Shown here piece after piece: positions 26,860 through 40,300 of a stretch of DNA of 64,000 nt (its first letter is position 1; the number at the start of each line of letters is the position of its first letter). Under the pieces are notes generated by a model that searched no databases, had not been told where the DNA came from, and was given only the letters and a program-made list of their open reading frames with translations. The stretch lies in NCBI GenBank assembly GCA_017447685.1, contig JAFSMZ010000053.1:2914-66913 (forward strand), given 5' to 3'. This DNA is from Oscillospiraceae bacterium (GTDB lineage Bacteria > Bacillota > Clostridia > Oscillospirales > Oscillospiraceae). The translations under genes and the position numbers were made by a program.

Positions 26860-27470
26860 GCCTTGTTGCCCCCTCTCAGCAGCTGCAGGCAGGGGATGAA
26901 GAGACCGCCCAGGCTGTTGCCCAGGACCACCAGCAGCAGGAACAGCAGGCTTCTGCCCTGGAAGACGGTGCCCGCCAGAGAGAAATAGAACATGTCCGCG
27001 ATGGAGTGCTCAAAGCCGGAGAGGATGAACACCGGGATGCAGAAGAGGATGCCCACCACGGTTTTCTTTTCCCGGTAGACCCAGACGGCCACATACATGA
27101 GGACGCCGCAGAAGAAGCCCCGGAACAGGGTCTGCAAAGGCAGCTGGGTCAGGCGTTTTTCGCAGGCGGCCAGGGCCGCCTCCCGCAGGGCGGGGACAGC
27201 CAGAAAGACCAGAAGGCCCGCCAGAAGGGTGCCCAGGAAATTCCCCAGCAGGCCCACGTAAGCGGTGGAGAGAGCCTTGCCGCTGTGGTCCATGGCCAGG
27301 AAGCCCACCTTGCCGGTGTAGAGGTTGAAACCGAACCAGCAGATGGTGAGCAGGGCAATGCAGAAGAGAAAAGCGCCGGCATAGCGGTTGTCGCAGGAGA
27401 GGAGCACGGCCCCGCCGATGGAGACCAGAAAGCCCGCCAGGACGCCGTCGATCAGATCCCGTCTCAGCAT
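26856..27470 (-). CDS. Formate/nitrite transporter (FNT) family membrane protein, short form
   Basis: 204 aa, multi-TM, with a [13 protein letters not shown]-type signature. The start overlaps the purM stop by 7 nt, and the stop overlaps the purN ATG (ATGA). Confidence 0.6.
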   Translation of the reverse strand: MLRRDLIDGVLAGFLVSIGGAVLLSCDNRYAGAFLFCIALLTICWFGFNLYTGKVGFLAMDHSGKALSTAYVGLLGNFLGTLLAGLLVFLAVPALREAALAACEKRLTQLPLQTLFRGFFCGVLMYVAVWVYREKKTVVGILFCIPVFILSGFEHSIADMFYFSLAGTVFQGRSLLFLLLVVLGNSLGGLFIPCLQLLRGGNKA

Positions 27471-28501
27471 AGGGCGATCTTCTCCTCTCCGGAGACGATC
27501 TCTCCGATGACGTAGGCCTCCACACCCTGCTCCTGCAGTGCGGCCAGGGCCTTGTCGGCACTGTCGCGGGAAACGGTGAGGCTCATGCCCACGCCCATGT
27601 TGAAGGTGTTGAACATGTCCCGCTCGGGAATGTTCCCCAGCTTCCGGATCAGGTCGAAAATGGGAAGCACCCGCACGGCGCTCTTTTCGATCTTTGCGCA
27701 GAGTCCCTGGGGGATGGAGCGGGGGATATTTTCGTAGAAACCGCCGCCGGTGATGTGGCTGACGCCGTGGACCTGCGCGGCCCGGAAGGCGGCCAGAACG
27801 GGCTTGACATAGATGCAGGTGGGGGTGAGCAGCACTTCGCCCAGCGTCTTGCCCAGCTCGGGGACGGTTTTGCCCAGATCCGCGTGCTCCACATCGAAGA
27901 CCTTGCGGACCAGAGAGTAGCCGTTGGAGTGGATGCCGCTGGAGGGAAGGGCCAGGATCACATCCCCGGCGGAAACGCTCCGGGGATCCAGGATCTTGGC
28001 CTTGTCCACGATGCCCACGGAGAAGCCCGCCAGGTCATAATCCTCGGGGGACATGGTGCCGGGATGCTCGGCCGTCTCGCCGCCGATAAGGGCGCAGCCG
28101 GCACGGACACAGCCCTCGGCCACGCCGGAGACCAGGCTTGCCACCTTTTCGGGCTCATTTTTGCCGATGGCGATGTAGTCCAGGAAAAAGAGGGGCTTGG
28201 CGCCGCAGCAGACGATGTCGTTGACGCACATGGCCACGCAGTCGATGCCCACGGTATCGTGCTTGTCCATGAGCTGGGCGATGCGCTGCTTGGTGCCCAC
28301 ACCGTCGGTGCCGGAGACCAGAACGGGCTCCTGCATGCCGCTGAGATCCGGGGCGAAGAGACCGCCGAAGCCGCCCAGGTCCGAGACCACGCCGGGGATG
28401 AAGGTGCGCTGCACATGCTTTTTCATGAGGCGCACACCCTCATAGCCCGCTTCGATATTCACGCCGGCCGCGGCGTAGGAGGCGGAATGGGAAAGTTCCA
28501 T
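27464..28501 (-). CDS. purM: Phosphoribosylformylglycinamidine cyclo-ligase (AIR synthase)
   Basis: 345 aa; [13 protein letters not shown].., DGVGTK. Confidence 0.95.
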   Translation of the reverse strand: MELSHSASYAAAGVNIEAGYEGVRLMKKHVQRTFIPGVVSDLGGFGGLFAPDLSGMQEPVLVSGTDGVGTKQRIAQLMDKHDTVGIDCVAMCVNDIVCCGAKPLFFLDYIAIGKNEPEKVASLVSGVAEGCVRAGCALIGGETAEHPGTMSPEDYDLAGFSVGIVDKAKILDPRSVSAGDVILALPSSGIHSNGYSLVRKVFDVEHADLGKTVPELGKTLGEVLLTPTCIYVKPVLAAFRAAQVHGVSHITGGGFYENIPRSIPQGLCAKIEKSAVRVLPIFDLIRKLGNIPERDMFNTFNMGVGMSLTVSRDSADKALAALQEQGVEAYVIGEIVSGEEKIALC

Positions 28502-28578
28502 ATCTGTTGTACCGTCCTCTGTGAGATAGAATTCTTTGGAAAAGGGGGATGTGTTGGAGCGGGATGGAAACGGGGAAC

Positions 28579-28610
28579 GGCGCGATTCGTAGATCGCCCT
28601 GTGACAGGGG
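28579..28610 (+). repeat. Intergenic repeat family B copy
   Basis: ggcgcgattcgtagatcgccctgtgacagggg. Confidence 0.55.
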
Positions 28611-28616
28611 ATGACA

Positions 28617-28652
28617 CCTCATCCGCCCCAGTGTGCGCACTGGGGCACCTTC
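28617..28652 (+). repeat. Intergenic palindromic repeat family A copy
   Basis: cctcatccgCCCCAGTGtgcgCACTGGGGcaccttc. Identical over about 34 nt to the copy at 17552. Confidence 0.85.
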
Positions 28653-28671
28653 TCCTCAAGGAAAAGGCGAT

Positions 28672-28708
28672 GGGGCGGGCGATTCGTGAATCGCCCCTAC
28701 AGGGCAGG
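28672..28708 (+). repeat. Intergenic repeat family B copy
   Basis: ggGGCGGGCGATTCgtGAATCGCCCCTACAGGGcagg, with a 9-bp perfect stem. Confidence 0.6.
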
Positions 28709-28716
28709 CGGGAGGC

Positions 28717-30141
28717 TTATTCTTTACCGGTCCAGCAGTAGGTGCAGATCTTGTCCCGGTCGATGCCGATGGCCTCCAGCAGCCCGTCCAGGGACTGGTA
28801 GCCCAGAGAGTCGAAGCCCAGCTTTTCGCAAATGGCGCGGAGCAGACACTGGCCCCGCTGGGTCTTGGCGTCGCCGTATTCCTCCAGATGCTCCAGACCT
28901 TCCGCGCCGTCCAGCTCGTTTACGATGCGGCGGGCCAGCAGGTCCATGTCGGAGTTGTTGCGGGAGAAGTTCAGATACTTGCAGGCGTACATGATGGGCG
29001 GGCAGGCAGAGCGCATGTGTACCTCGGCGGCGCCGGACTCATAGAGAAAGTCCACGGTGCTCTGCAGCTGGGTGCCGCGGACGATGGAATCGTCCACAAA
29101 GAGGAGCTTTTTGCCCTCGATGAGCTCGGGCACCGGGATCTGCTTCATCTTGGCCACCTGATCCCGCATGGCCTGGTTGGAGGGCATGAAGGAGCGGGGC
29201 CAGGTGGGGGTGTACTTCACGAAGGGACGGGCAAAGGGCTTGCCGCTGCGGTTGGCATAGCCGATGGCGTGAGGCACGCCGGAATCGGGCACGCCGGCCA
29301 CATAGTCCACCTTGGGAAGGCTGCCCCGGGCGACTTCGTCCCGGGCCATGATCTCGCCGTTGCGCACGCGCATGACCTCCACGTTGACCCCCTCGTAATT
29401 GGAATTGGGGTAGCCGTAATAGGTCCAGAGGAAAGCGCAGATCTTCATGTCCTTCCCGGCAGGGGAGAGAGTCTCATAGCCTTCGGCGGTGATGCGCAGG
29501 ATCTCCGCCGGGCCCAGCTCATACTCGTTCTTATAGCCCAGCTTCTGATAGGCAAAGGACTCAAAGGCCACGCAGAAGCCGTCCTCGTCCTTGCCCACAT
29601 GTACCGGGAGACGGCCGAAGCGGTCCCGGGCGGCGATGATGGCCCCATCCTCCGTCATGAGAAGGATGGTCATGGAGCCGTCGATGCGCGCCTGGGCATG
29701 GCGGATGCCGTCGGTCAGGTTCCCGCCCTGGTTGATGAGGGCGGCCACCAGCTCGGTGCTGTTGACCCGGCCGGAGCCCATGGCCATGAACTGATGGTCT
29801 CCGTTGGAGAAGTAGTCCTGGACCAGCTGCTCGGCATTGTTGATCTGGCCCACGGTGGTGATGGCGTAGGTCCCCAGGTGGGAGCGGACCAGCAGCGGCT
29901 GGGGATCGGAATCGCTGATGCAGCCGATGCCGATGTTGCCGGCAAAGTCCGGCAGGTCCTTTTCAAAACGGGTGCGGAAGGGGGTGTTGGCGATGGAGTG
30001 GATCTCCCGGGTGCAGCCCTTGTCCGGGCTCCACACCGCCATGCCGGCGCTGCGGGTGCCCAGGTGGCTGTGATAGTCCGTGCCGAAGAACAGGTCCATC
30101 ACAATATCGCGGTGGGAGACCGCGCCGAAGAAGCCGCCCAT
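28717..30141 (-). CDS. purF: Amidophosphoribosyltransferase homologue (PurF-like, atypical N-terminus)
   Basis: 474 aa. PRPP loop LLFVDDSIVRGTQ and C-terminal Cys-rich blocks. The N-terminus is MGGFFG rather than MCG(I/V)xG. TAATG overlap with purC. Confidence 0.8.
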   Translation of the reverse strand: MGGFFGAVSHRDIVMDLFFGTDYHSHLGTRSAGMAVWSPDKGCTREIHSIANTPFRTRFEKDLPDFAGNIGIGCISDSDPQPLLVRSHLGTYAITTVGQINNAEQLVQDYFSNGDHQFMAMGSGRVNSTELVAALINQGGNLTDGIRHAQARIDGSMTILLMTEDGAIIAARDRFGRLPVHVGKDEDGFCVAFESFAYQKLGYKNEYELGPAEILRITAEGYETLSPAGKDMKICAFLWTYYGYPNSNYEGVNVEVMRVRNGEIMARDEVARGSLPKVDYVAGVPDSGVPHAIGYANRSGKPFARPFVKYTPTWPRSFMPSNQAMRDQVAKMKQIPVPELIEGKKLLFVDDSIVRGTQLQSTVDFLYESGAAEVHMRSACPPIMYACKYLNFSRNNSDMDLLARRIVNELDGAEGLEHLEEYGDAKTQRGQCLLRAICEKLGFDSLGYQSLDGLLEAIGIDRDKICTYCWTGKE

Positions 30142-30827
30142 TATGCGAAGAAGAGCTTGGACAGAGTCATCGGATCGATGTACTCGCCATCCTTGTACAC
30201 GCGCATGTTGCCGGAGGCGATCTCGTCGATGAGCATGACCTTGCCTTCCGCATCATAGCCGTACTCAAACTTGATGTCATAGAGGACCAGACCCCGGGCG
30301 GCCATCTCGTCGGCCACGATCCTGGTGATCTTCTGGGTCATGTCCTTGATCTCGTCATACTGCTCGCCGGTCATGACGCCCAGCACGATGAGGCCGTCCT
30401 TGGTGACCAGGGGATCGCCCTTCTCGTCGTTTTTGAAGGTCATTTCCACATAGGCGGGCAGATCGGCGCCGGACTCCACGTAATCGCCGTAGCGGCGGAG
30501 GAAGGAACCCACGGCCTTGTAACGGCAGATGACTTCCAGACCCTTGCCGAAGACCTTGGCGGGGAGGACTTCCATGGTGGTGTTCTCCAGATCCGCGGAG
30601 ACGAAGTGGGTGCGAATGCCGGCGGCGTTGATCTTCTCGAAGAAGTAGATGGACATGCGCAGGTTCACATCGCCCACGCCCTCGATGGTGAGGCCGACGC
30701 TGTTCTCGCCCGGATCGAAGACGCCGTCCTTGCCGGTGCAGTCGTCCTTGAACTTGAGCAGGTAGTTGCCGTTGGGCAGAGCGTAAACATTCTTGGTTTT
30801 GCCGGTGTAAACGAGTTTGTTTTCCAT
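30141..30827 (-). CDS. purC: SAICAR synthase
   Basis: 228 aa; [15 protein letters not shown]... Confidence 0.9.
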   Translation of the reverse strand: MENKLVYTGKTKNVYALPNGNYLLKFKDDCTGKDGVFDPGENSVGLTIEGVGDVNLRMSIYFFEKINAAGIRTHFVSADLENTTMEVLPAKVFGKGLEVICRYKAVGSFLRRYGDYVESGADLPAYVEMTFKNDEKGDPLVTKDGLIVLGVMTGEQYDEIKDMTQKITRIVADEMAARGLVLYDIKFEYGYDAEGKVMLIDEIASGNMRVYKDGEYIDPMTLSKLFFA

Positions 30828-30875
30828 AGTGATCTATCTCCTTTTGATTAGAATACAGAATGGGGAACACCCCTA

Positions 30876-30903
30876 CCGCCCCAGTGTTCGCACTGGGGCA
30901 CCT
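30876..30903 (+). repeat. Intergenic palindromic repeat family A copy
   Basis: ccgCCCCAGTGttcgCACTGGGGcacct. Confidence 0.8.
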
Positions 30904-30981
30904 CCCCCAAAGGGGGAGGCAAGGGGAGGGATATTCTTGCTTCCCCCTTTGGGGGAAGTGGCCGAAGGCCGATAGGGGGGG

Positions 30982-31470
30982 TCACAGCCTTGCCGCGATG
31001 CCGGCGTCCTTTTCCAGGACCTTGGCGGTATCGGCGGCGCGCTTGGCGGAGAGACGGTCGGCCAGGGCCGTGTCCTCCACGGCCAGGATCTGGGCGGCCA
31101 GGAGGGCGGCGTTGGCGCCGTTATTTACGCCAACGGTGGCCACGGGGATGCCGGAGGGCATCTGGACGGTGCTCAAAAGCGCGTCCATGCCGTCCAGCGC
31201 CGGGCCCTTGCAGGGAATGCCAATGACGGGGAGGGTGGTGTTCGCGGCGATGGCCCCCGCCAGGTGGGCGGCCATGCCGGCTGCGGCGATGATCACGCCG
31301 AAGCCCTGTTCCCGGGCGGAGAGGGAAAAGTCCCGGGCCTCCACGGGGGTGCGGTGGGCGGAATAGACGTGGACCTCAAAGGGGATCTCCAGAGCGCGGA
31401 GCTGATCCACCGCTTTCTGGATCACGGGCAGATCGCTGTCACTGCCCATGACGATGCCGACTTTTTTCAT
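30982..31470 (-). CDS. purE: N5-CAIR mutase / AIR carboxylase catalytic subunit
   Basis: 162 aa; [19 protein letters not shown]. Confidence 0.9.
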   Translation of the reverse strand: MKKVGIVMGSDSDLPVIQKAVDQLRALEIPFEVHVYSAHRTPVEARDFSLSAREQGFGVIIAAAGMAAHLAGAIAANTTLPVIGIPCKGPALDGMDALLSTVQMPSGIPVATVGVNNGANAALLAAQILAVEDTALADRLSAKRAADTAKVLEKDAGIAARL

Positions 31471-31483
31471 CGATCCGTTCTCC

Positions 31484-32992
31484 TTACTTGATGGTGGGGG
31501 AGGTGTCCTTCTGCAGCACGTCGTGGGCGCCGCCCTCCACGATGGTGGTGGCGGAGACCAGAGTCAGGACGGCCTTCTCCTGGAACTCGGGGATGGTGAG
31601 GGAGCCGCAGTTGCACATGGCATGGCGGACCTTGGAGAGGGTCATGGCCACATTGTCCTTCAGAGAGCCGGCGTAGGGCACATAGGAATCCACTCCCTCC
31701 TCGAAGCTCAGCTTCTTGTCGCCGCCCATGTCGTAGCGCTGCCAGTTGCGGGCACGGGCAGAGCCCTCGCCCCAGTACTCCTTGTAATAGGTGCCGCCGA
31801 TGTTGACCTTGTTGGTGGGGCTCTCGTCGAAGCGGGCGAAGTAGCGGCCCAGCATCACGAAGTCCGCGCCCATGGCCAGGGCCAGGGTGATGTGATGGTC
31901 ATAGACGATGCCGCCGTCGGAGCAGACGGGAACGTAGATGCCGGTCTCCTCAAAGTAGCGGTCCCGCTCGGCGCAGACGTCGATGAGGGCGGTGGCCTGA
32001 CCGCGGCCGATGCCCTTGGTCTCCCGGGTGATGCAGATGGAGCCGCCGCCGATGCCGACCTTCACAAAGTCGGCGCCGCACTCGGCCAGGAAGCGGAAGC
32101 CCGCGGCGTCCACCACGTTGCCCGCGCCAACCTTCACACTGTCGCCGTAGCGCTCCCGGACCCAGGAGAGAACGAAGCGCTGCCAGTCGGTAAAGCCCTC
32201 GGAGGAGTCGATGCACAGTACGTCCGCGCCGGCCTCCAGCAGAGCGGGGATGCGCTTTTCATAGTCCCGGGTGTTGATGCCGGCGCCCACCACATAGCGC
32301 TTGTGGGCGTCCAGCAGCTCGTTGGGGTTCTGCTTGTGGCTCTCATAGTCCTTGCGGAAGACGAAGTAGCAGAGACGGCCGCTGTCGTCGATGATGGGCA
32401 GGGAATTGAGCTTGTGCTCCCAGATGATGTCGTTGGCTTCCTTGAGGGTGGTGCCCTCCTTGGCCCAGACGAGCTTTTCAAAGGGAGTCATGAAGCTGGA
32501 GACCTTGGTGTCGGGCTCCATGCGGCTCACGCGGTAGTCGCGGCTGGTGACGACACCCACCAGCTTGCCTTCAGCGGAGCCGTCCTCGGTGATGGCGATG
32601 GTGGCGTGACCGGTGCGCTCCTTCAGCGCCAGCACGTCCCGCAGAGTGGCCTCCGGGCTCAGGTTGGAATCGCTGCGGACAAAGCCGGCCTTGTAGCTCT
32701 TGGCCCGGCGGACCATGGCGGCCTCATCCTCGATGCTCTGGGAGCCGTAGATGAAGCTGACGCCGCCCTCTTTGGCCAGCGCAACGGCGAGACGGTCCCC
32801 GGAGACAGACTGCATGATAGCGGAGACCATGGGGATGTTCATGCGGATGGGGCATTCCTCTTCCCCCTTGCGGAACTTCACCAGGGGGGTGGCCAGATTG
32901 ACCTTTTCGGAACGGCAGGTGATGGGGGTGTAGCCGGGGATCAGCAGATATTCATTAAAAGTATGGGAGGGCTCGTTGATGATCTTTGCCAT
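31484..32992 (-). CDS. guaB: IMP dehydrogenase family protein
   Basis: 502 aa. TIM-barrel blocks, CBS-pair insert, catalytic-loop-like [12 protein letters not shown]. Stop lies 13 nt from the purE start. Confidence 0.8.
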   Translation of the reverse strand: MAKIINEPSHTFNEYLLIPGYTPITCRSEKVNLATPLVKFRKGEEECPIRMNIPMVSAIMQSVSGDRLAVALAKEGGVSFIYGSQSIEDEAAMVRRAKSYKAGFVRSDSNLSPEATLRDVLALKERTGHATIAITEDGSAEGKLVGVVTSRDYRVSRMEPDTKVSSFMTPFEKLVWAKEGTTLKEANDIIWEHKLNSLPIIDDSGRLCYFVFRKDYESHKQNPNELLDAHKRYVVGAGINTRDYEKRIPALLEAGADVLCIDSSEGFTDWQRFVLSWVRERYGDSVKVGAGNVVDAAGFRFLAECGADFVKVGIGGGSICITRETKGIGRGQATALIDVCAERDRYFEETGIYVPVCSDGGIVYDHHITLALAMGADFVMLGRYFARFDESPTNKVNIGGTYYKEYWGEGSARARNWQRYDMGGDKKLSFEEGVDSYVPYAGSLKDNVAMTLSKVRHAMCNCGSLTIPEFQEKAVLTLVSATTIVEGGAHDVLQKDTSPTIK

Positions 32993-33028
32993 GTCATTTC
33001 TCCTTATCTTTTATTGTCTTTTGTTTAT

Positions 33029-33046
33029 TGCGAAACACGTTTCGCA
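33029..33046. promoter_or_regulatory. 8-2-8 palindrome between pyrI and guaB (candidate operator or RNA hairpin)
   Basis: TGCGAAAC-ac-GTTTCGCA. Lies 36 nt upstream of the guaB ATG and 5 nt downstream of the pyrI stop. Confidence 0.4.
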
Positions 33047-33051
33047 GGGAC

Positions 33052-33468
33052 TTAGTTCGCTTTGGTTTCGCAGTAGAGGCAGCGGTAGACCTTGTGCTTG
33101 CGGTCGGTGAGGACGAAAACGTGCTTGAGCTCCTGCTCGCAGGAGGTGATGCAGCGGGGGTTCTTGCAGAAGATCACATTGGTAAGGGTCTCGGGCATGT
33201 CGATGCGCTTTTTCTCCACGAGCACGCCGCCGTGAATGATGTTGACGGTGACGCCCGGGTCCACATAGCCGATCACGTCCAGGTTCACGGGAATGTCGGC
33301 GTCGATCTTGATGATGTCCTTCTTGCCCTGTTTCTGGCTGTGGACGTTCTTGATGATGGCCACGGAGCAGTCCAGCTTCTCCAGGCCCAGCAGGTCGTAG
33401 AGCCGCATGCCCAGACCCGCCGTGATGTGGTCGATGACGATGCCGTTCTGGATGGAGTCAATGTTCAT
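33052..33468 (-). CDS. pyrI: Aspartate carbamoyltransferase regulatory subunit
   Basis: 138 aa with C-terminal zinc Cys pairs CKNPRC..CLYC. Confidence 0.9.
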   Translation of the reverse strand: MNIDSIQNGIVIDHITAGLGMRLYDLLGLEKLDCSVAIIKNVHSQKQGKKDIIKIDADIPVNLDVIGYVDPGVTVNIIHGGVLVEKKRIDMPETLTNVIFCKNPRCITSCEQELKHVFVLTDRKHKVYRCLYCETKAN

Positions 33469-34388
33469 AGGGTTCCCGCCTCCTTCAGAAGCTTCATGAT
33501 GAGCGCCATGCGCATGTACTTGCCGTTGAGGACCTGCTTGAAGTAGCAGGCGCGGGGATCGTCGTCAATGGCGACGCTGATCTCGTTGACACGGGGCAGG
33601 GGGTGGAGGATGGAGAGGTCGGACCTTGCGTTTTTCAGCTTGTCCGGGGTGAGGATGTAGCTGTCCTTCAGGCGGAGGTAGTCCTCCTCGTTGAAGAAGC
33701 GCTCCCGCTGGACGCGGGTCATATACAGGATGTCCAGCTCCGGCATGGCGCCTTCCAGATCGGTGGTCTGGGTGTAGGGGATGCCCTTTTCCTTCAGGGC
33801 GTCCTGCTTCACGTAGCTGGGCAGCTTCAGCTCCTCGGGGGAGATGAGCACGAATTTCAGGCCCTCATAGCGGCTGAGGGCGGAGATGAGGGAATGGACG
33901 GTGCGTCCGAATTTCAGGTCGCCGCAGAGGCCCACGGTGAGATGGTCGAAGCGGCCCTTTTCCCGGTAGATGGTGAGCAGGTCCGCCAGGGTCTGGGTGG
34001 GATGATTGTGTCCGCCGTCGCCGGCGTTGATGACGGGGATGGAGGCTGCGTTGGCGGCCACCAGGGGAGCGCCCTCCTTGGGGTGGCGCATGGCGATGAT
34101 ATCGGCGTAGCAGCTGATGGTCTTGGCGGTGTCGGCCACGCTCTCGCCCTTGGCGGCGGAGGAGTTCTGGGCCGCAGAAAAGCCGATCACATTGCCGCCC
34201 AGCTCGTACATGGCGGCTTCAAAGCTGAGCCTTGTGCGGGTGGAGGGCTCGAAGAACAGGGTGGCCAGCTTCTTTCCGTGGCAGACCTCGCTGTACTTTT
34301 TGGGGTCGGCGATGATGTCGTTGGCTACGTCCACCAGCTCCTGCAGCTCTTCGGTGGAGAAATCCAGAATGTTAATGAGGTGTCTCAT
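33465..34388 (-). CDS. pyrB: Aspartate carbamoyltransferase catalytic subunit
   Basis: 307 aa; STRTR, HPTQ and HPLP motifs. Confidence 0.95.
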   Translation of the reverse strand: MRHLINILDFSTEELQELVDVANDIIADPKKYSEVCHGKKLATLFFEPSTRTRLSFEAAMYELGGNVIGFSAAQNSSAAKGESVADTAKTISCYADIIAMRHPKEGAPLVAANAASIPVINAGDGGHNHPTQTLADLLTIYREKGRFDHLTVGLCGDLKFGRTVHSLISALSRYEGLKFVLISPEELKLPSYVKQDALKEKGIPYTQTTDLEGAMPELDILYMTRVQRERFFNEEDYLRLKDSYILTPDKLKNARSDLSILHPLPRVNEISVAIDDDPRACYFKQVLNGKYMRMALIMKLLKEAGTL

Positions 34389-35019
34389 GTCATGCTCCTC
34401 CAGCTGTCGTCGTTGGGATCATCGCGAAAGGCCAGCAGGCGCTTCACATCTTCGGGGCGGATATAAGCCTCCTCGGCGGCCACCCGGGCGATGACGTCAA
34501 AATTGGTGAGACTGTGGTTCTCCACCCCGGCGGCGGCCAGACGCTCCAGGCCCCGGCGCATGCCGTAGGTGAAGATGCTGACGATGCCCAGGACCTGGGC
34601 GCCGGCCTCCCGGAGAATGTCTACCACTTCCAGGACGCTGCCGGCGGTGGAGATGAGATCCTCCACCACCACTACCTTCTGGCCCGGCTCCAGCCGGCCT
34701 TCGATCTGGTTTTTGCGGCCGTGGTCCTTGGCGCCGGAGCGGACGTAGCCCATGGGAAGTCCCAGAAGCCAGGCCGTGATGGCCGCATGGGCGATGCCCG
34801 CGGTGGAGGTGCCCATGAGGACCTCTGCCTCGGGGTAATGCTCCCGCACCAGGTCTGCCAGGCTGTTTTCCACATCCCGGCGCACGGCGCGGTCGCTGAG
34901 GGTCAGGCGATTGTCGCAGTAGACGGGGCTCTGGATGCCGCTGGCCCAGGTAAAGGGCTCGTCCGGCCGGAAAAACACGGCCTGGATCCGCAGCAGATCC
35001 CGCGCGATGACTTCTTCTC

Positions 35020-35023
<4 letters not shown>
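34385..35023 (-). CDS. pyrE: Orotate phosphoribosyltransferase
   Basis: ATG 35023 lies 7 nt after AAAGGAG and forms an ATGA overlap with the pyrF stop. PRPP loop [13 protein letters not shown]. Confidence 0.9.
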
Positions 35024-37347
<2,324 letters not shown>

Positions 37348-37350
37348 AAA

Positions 37351-40300
37351 TCAGGCGTCGATCGTGGAGACCGTTATGGTGGTCTCCTCCAGAACGTCCA
37401 GCAGCACCCGGACCGTGTCCAGAGAGGTGAAGATGGTGACGTTGTTTTCTGTGGCGCACATGCGGATGGCCACGCCGTCCTCCAGGTGCTTGCCCCGCTG
37501 CAGAGCGCGGGTGTTGATGATATAGCTCACGTAGCCGGCGCGGATGGAGTCCAGGATCTCCTCGCTGCCCTCGCTGATCTTGCGGCGGATACGGGTGCGG
37601 ATGCCGTGCTGCTTGAGGAAGGTGGCCGTGCCCACGGTGGCCTCGATGTTGAAGCCCATGTCGTAGAAGCGGCGCACCAGGGGGAGAGCCTCCTCCTTGT
37701 CCTCATCGGCCAGGGTGACGAACACGGTGCCGTAGTTCTGCAGCTTCATGCCGGAGGCCTGCAGGGCCTTGTACATGGCGCGGGAGAGCTTGGCGTCGTA
37801 GCCGATGGCTTCGCCGGTGGATTTCATCTCCGGGCTCAGGTAGGCGTCCAGGCCCTTGATCTTGTTCCAGGAGAAGACCGGGACCTTTACATAGTGGCGC
37901 TTCTTTTCCTCGGGATAGAGATCGAAGATGCCCTGCTCCTTCAGACTCTTGCCCATGATGACCTCCGTGGCGATGTCCGCCAGGGAGAAGCCCGTGGCCT
38001 TGGAGAGGAAGGGGACCGTGCGGGAGGAGCGGGGGTTGACCTCGATGATGTAGACGTTTTCTTCCTTATCTACAATGAACTGGATGTTGAACAGGCCGAT
38101 GATGCCGATGCCCAGACCCAGCTTTTTGGCGTACTGCAGGATGATGCCCTTGACCTTGTTGGAGATGGAGAAGGAGGGATAGACGCTGATGGAGTCGCCG
38201 GAATGGACGCCGGTGCGCTCCACCAGCTCCATGATGCCGGGAACGAACACGTCTCGTCCGTCGCAGATGGCGTCCACCTCTACCTCACGGCCCAGGATGT
38301 ACTTGTCCACCAGGACGGGCTTGTCCGCGTCGATCTCCACGGCGGTCTTCAGATAGTGGCGTAACATCTCCTCGCTGGCCACGATCTCCATGGCCCGGCC
38401 GCCCAGGACGAAGCTGGGGCGGACCAGCACCGGGTAGCCGATGCGCTCCGCCGCGGCGATGCCGTCTTCGATGTTGGTCACGGCGGTGCCGGTGGGCTGG
38501 GGAATGTCCAGGGAGAGGAGGATCTTTTCAAAGCTGTCCCGGTTCTCTGCCCGTTCGATGGCCGCGCAGTCGGTGCCCACGATGCGCACGCCACGGTCCA
38601 TGAGGGGCTGGGCCAGGTTGATGGCCGTCTGCCCGCCCAGGGAGGCGATGACGCCTTCGGGCTGCTCAAAGTCCAGGATCGCCATCACGTGCTCCGGCGT
38701 CAGAGGCTCGAAGTACAGCTTGTCGCCGGTGGTGTAGTCGGTGGAGACGGTCTCGGGGTTGTTGTTGATAATGATGGCCTCGTAGCCGTTGCGCTTGATG
38801 GTCTGCACCGCGTGGACGGTGGAGTAGTCAAACTCCACGCCCTGACCGATGCGGATGGGGCCGGCGCCCAGGACCACCAGCTTCTTCTTGTCGGTGAGGC
38901 GGGAATCGTTCTCCCCGGAATAGGAGGAGTAGAGATAGGCGATGTATTTGCCGGTGTGCAGGGTGTCCACCATGCGGAACACCGGCGTGATGCCCAGCTT
39001 GCGGCGCCGCTCGTAGATCTCCGTCTCCGAGAGGTTCCAGAAGCAGGCGATGCAGCTGTCGGAAAAGCCCATTTTCTTGGCTTCGCGGAGCAGGGCGGCG
39101 TCGTTGATGTGCTCCCGGAGGGCGCGCTCCATGTCCACGATCTTCCGGAAGGATTCCAGGAAGAGCTCGGTGATGCTGGTGAGCTCATGGAGCTTTTCCA
39201 CGGAAACGCCCCGGCGCAGCAGCTCGAACACGGCGAAGACGCCGTCATGCCGGAACTCGGAAATATAGGAGAAAAGCTCTTCGTCCGACTGCTCGTCAAA
39301 CTTTGCCATATGGAAGTGATCCACGCCGATTTCCAGGGAGCACACGGACTTGAGCAGGCATTCCTCCAGATTGGAGCCGATGCCCATCACCTCGCCGGTG
39401 GCCTTCATCTGGGTGCCCAGGGTGTTGGGCGCGGAGGTGAACTTGTCGAAGGGGAAGCGGGGGAACTTGGCCACGATATAGTCAAGGCTGGGTTCCATGG
39501 CCGCGGTGCCGCCGGCCACGGGGATCTCCTCCAGGGCCATGCCCAGGGCGATCTTCGCCGTGACACGGGCGATGGGATAGCCGCTGGCCTTGGAGGCCAG
39601 GGCGGAGGAGCGGGAGACCCGGGGGTTCACTTCGATGAGGTAATACTCACTGCTGGTGGGGTTCAGCGCAAACTGCACGTTGCAGCCGCCCTCGATCTTC
39701 AGCTCCCGGATGATCTTGATGGCGCTGTCGTTGAGCATTTTGAGATCGTGCTCGTTCAGGGAGAGGATGGGGGCCACCACAATGGAATCACCGGTGTGCA
39801 CGCCTACGGGGTCCACGTTCTCCATGCCGCAGATGGTGATGGCGCGGTCGTTGGAGTCCCGCATGACCTCAAACTCGATTTCCTTATAGCCCTTCACGCT
39901 CTTTTCGATCAGGACCTGGTGCACGGGGGAGAGGCGGAAGGCGTTGACGCCGATCTCTTCCAGCTCCTGCTCGTTATAGGCAAAGCCCCCGCCGGTACCG
40001 CCCAGGGTGAAGGCGGGGCGCAGCACCACGGGATAGCCGATGCGTTCCGCCGCGGCTTTGGCCTCCTCCAGATTGTAGGTGATCTCGGAGGGGATCACCG
40101 GCTCGCCGATGGCCTGGCACATTTCCTTGAAAAGCTCCCGGTCCTCGGCCCGCTCGATGCTTTCGCTGCTGGTGCCGAGAAGCTTGACCCCGCACTCGCG
40201 GAGGATGCCCTTGCGCTCCAGCTGCATGGCCAGGTTCAGCCCCGTCTGCCCGCCGATGCCGGGGACGATGGCATCCGGCCGCTCATAGCGGAGGATCTTG

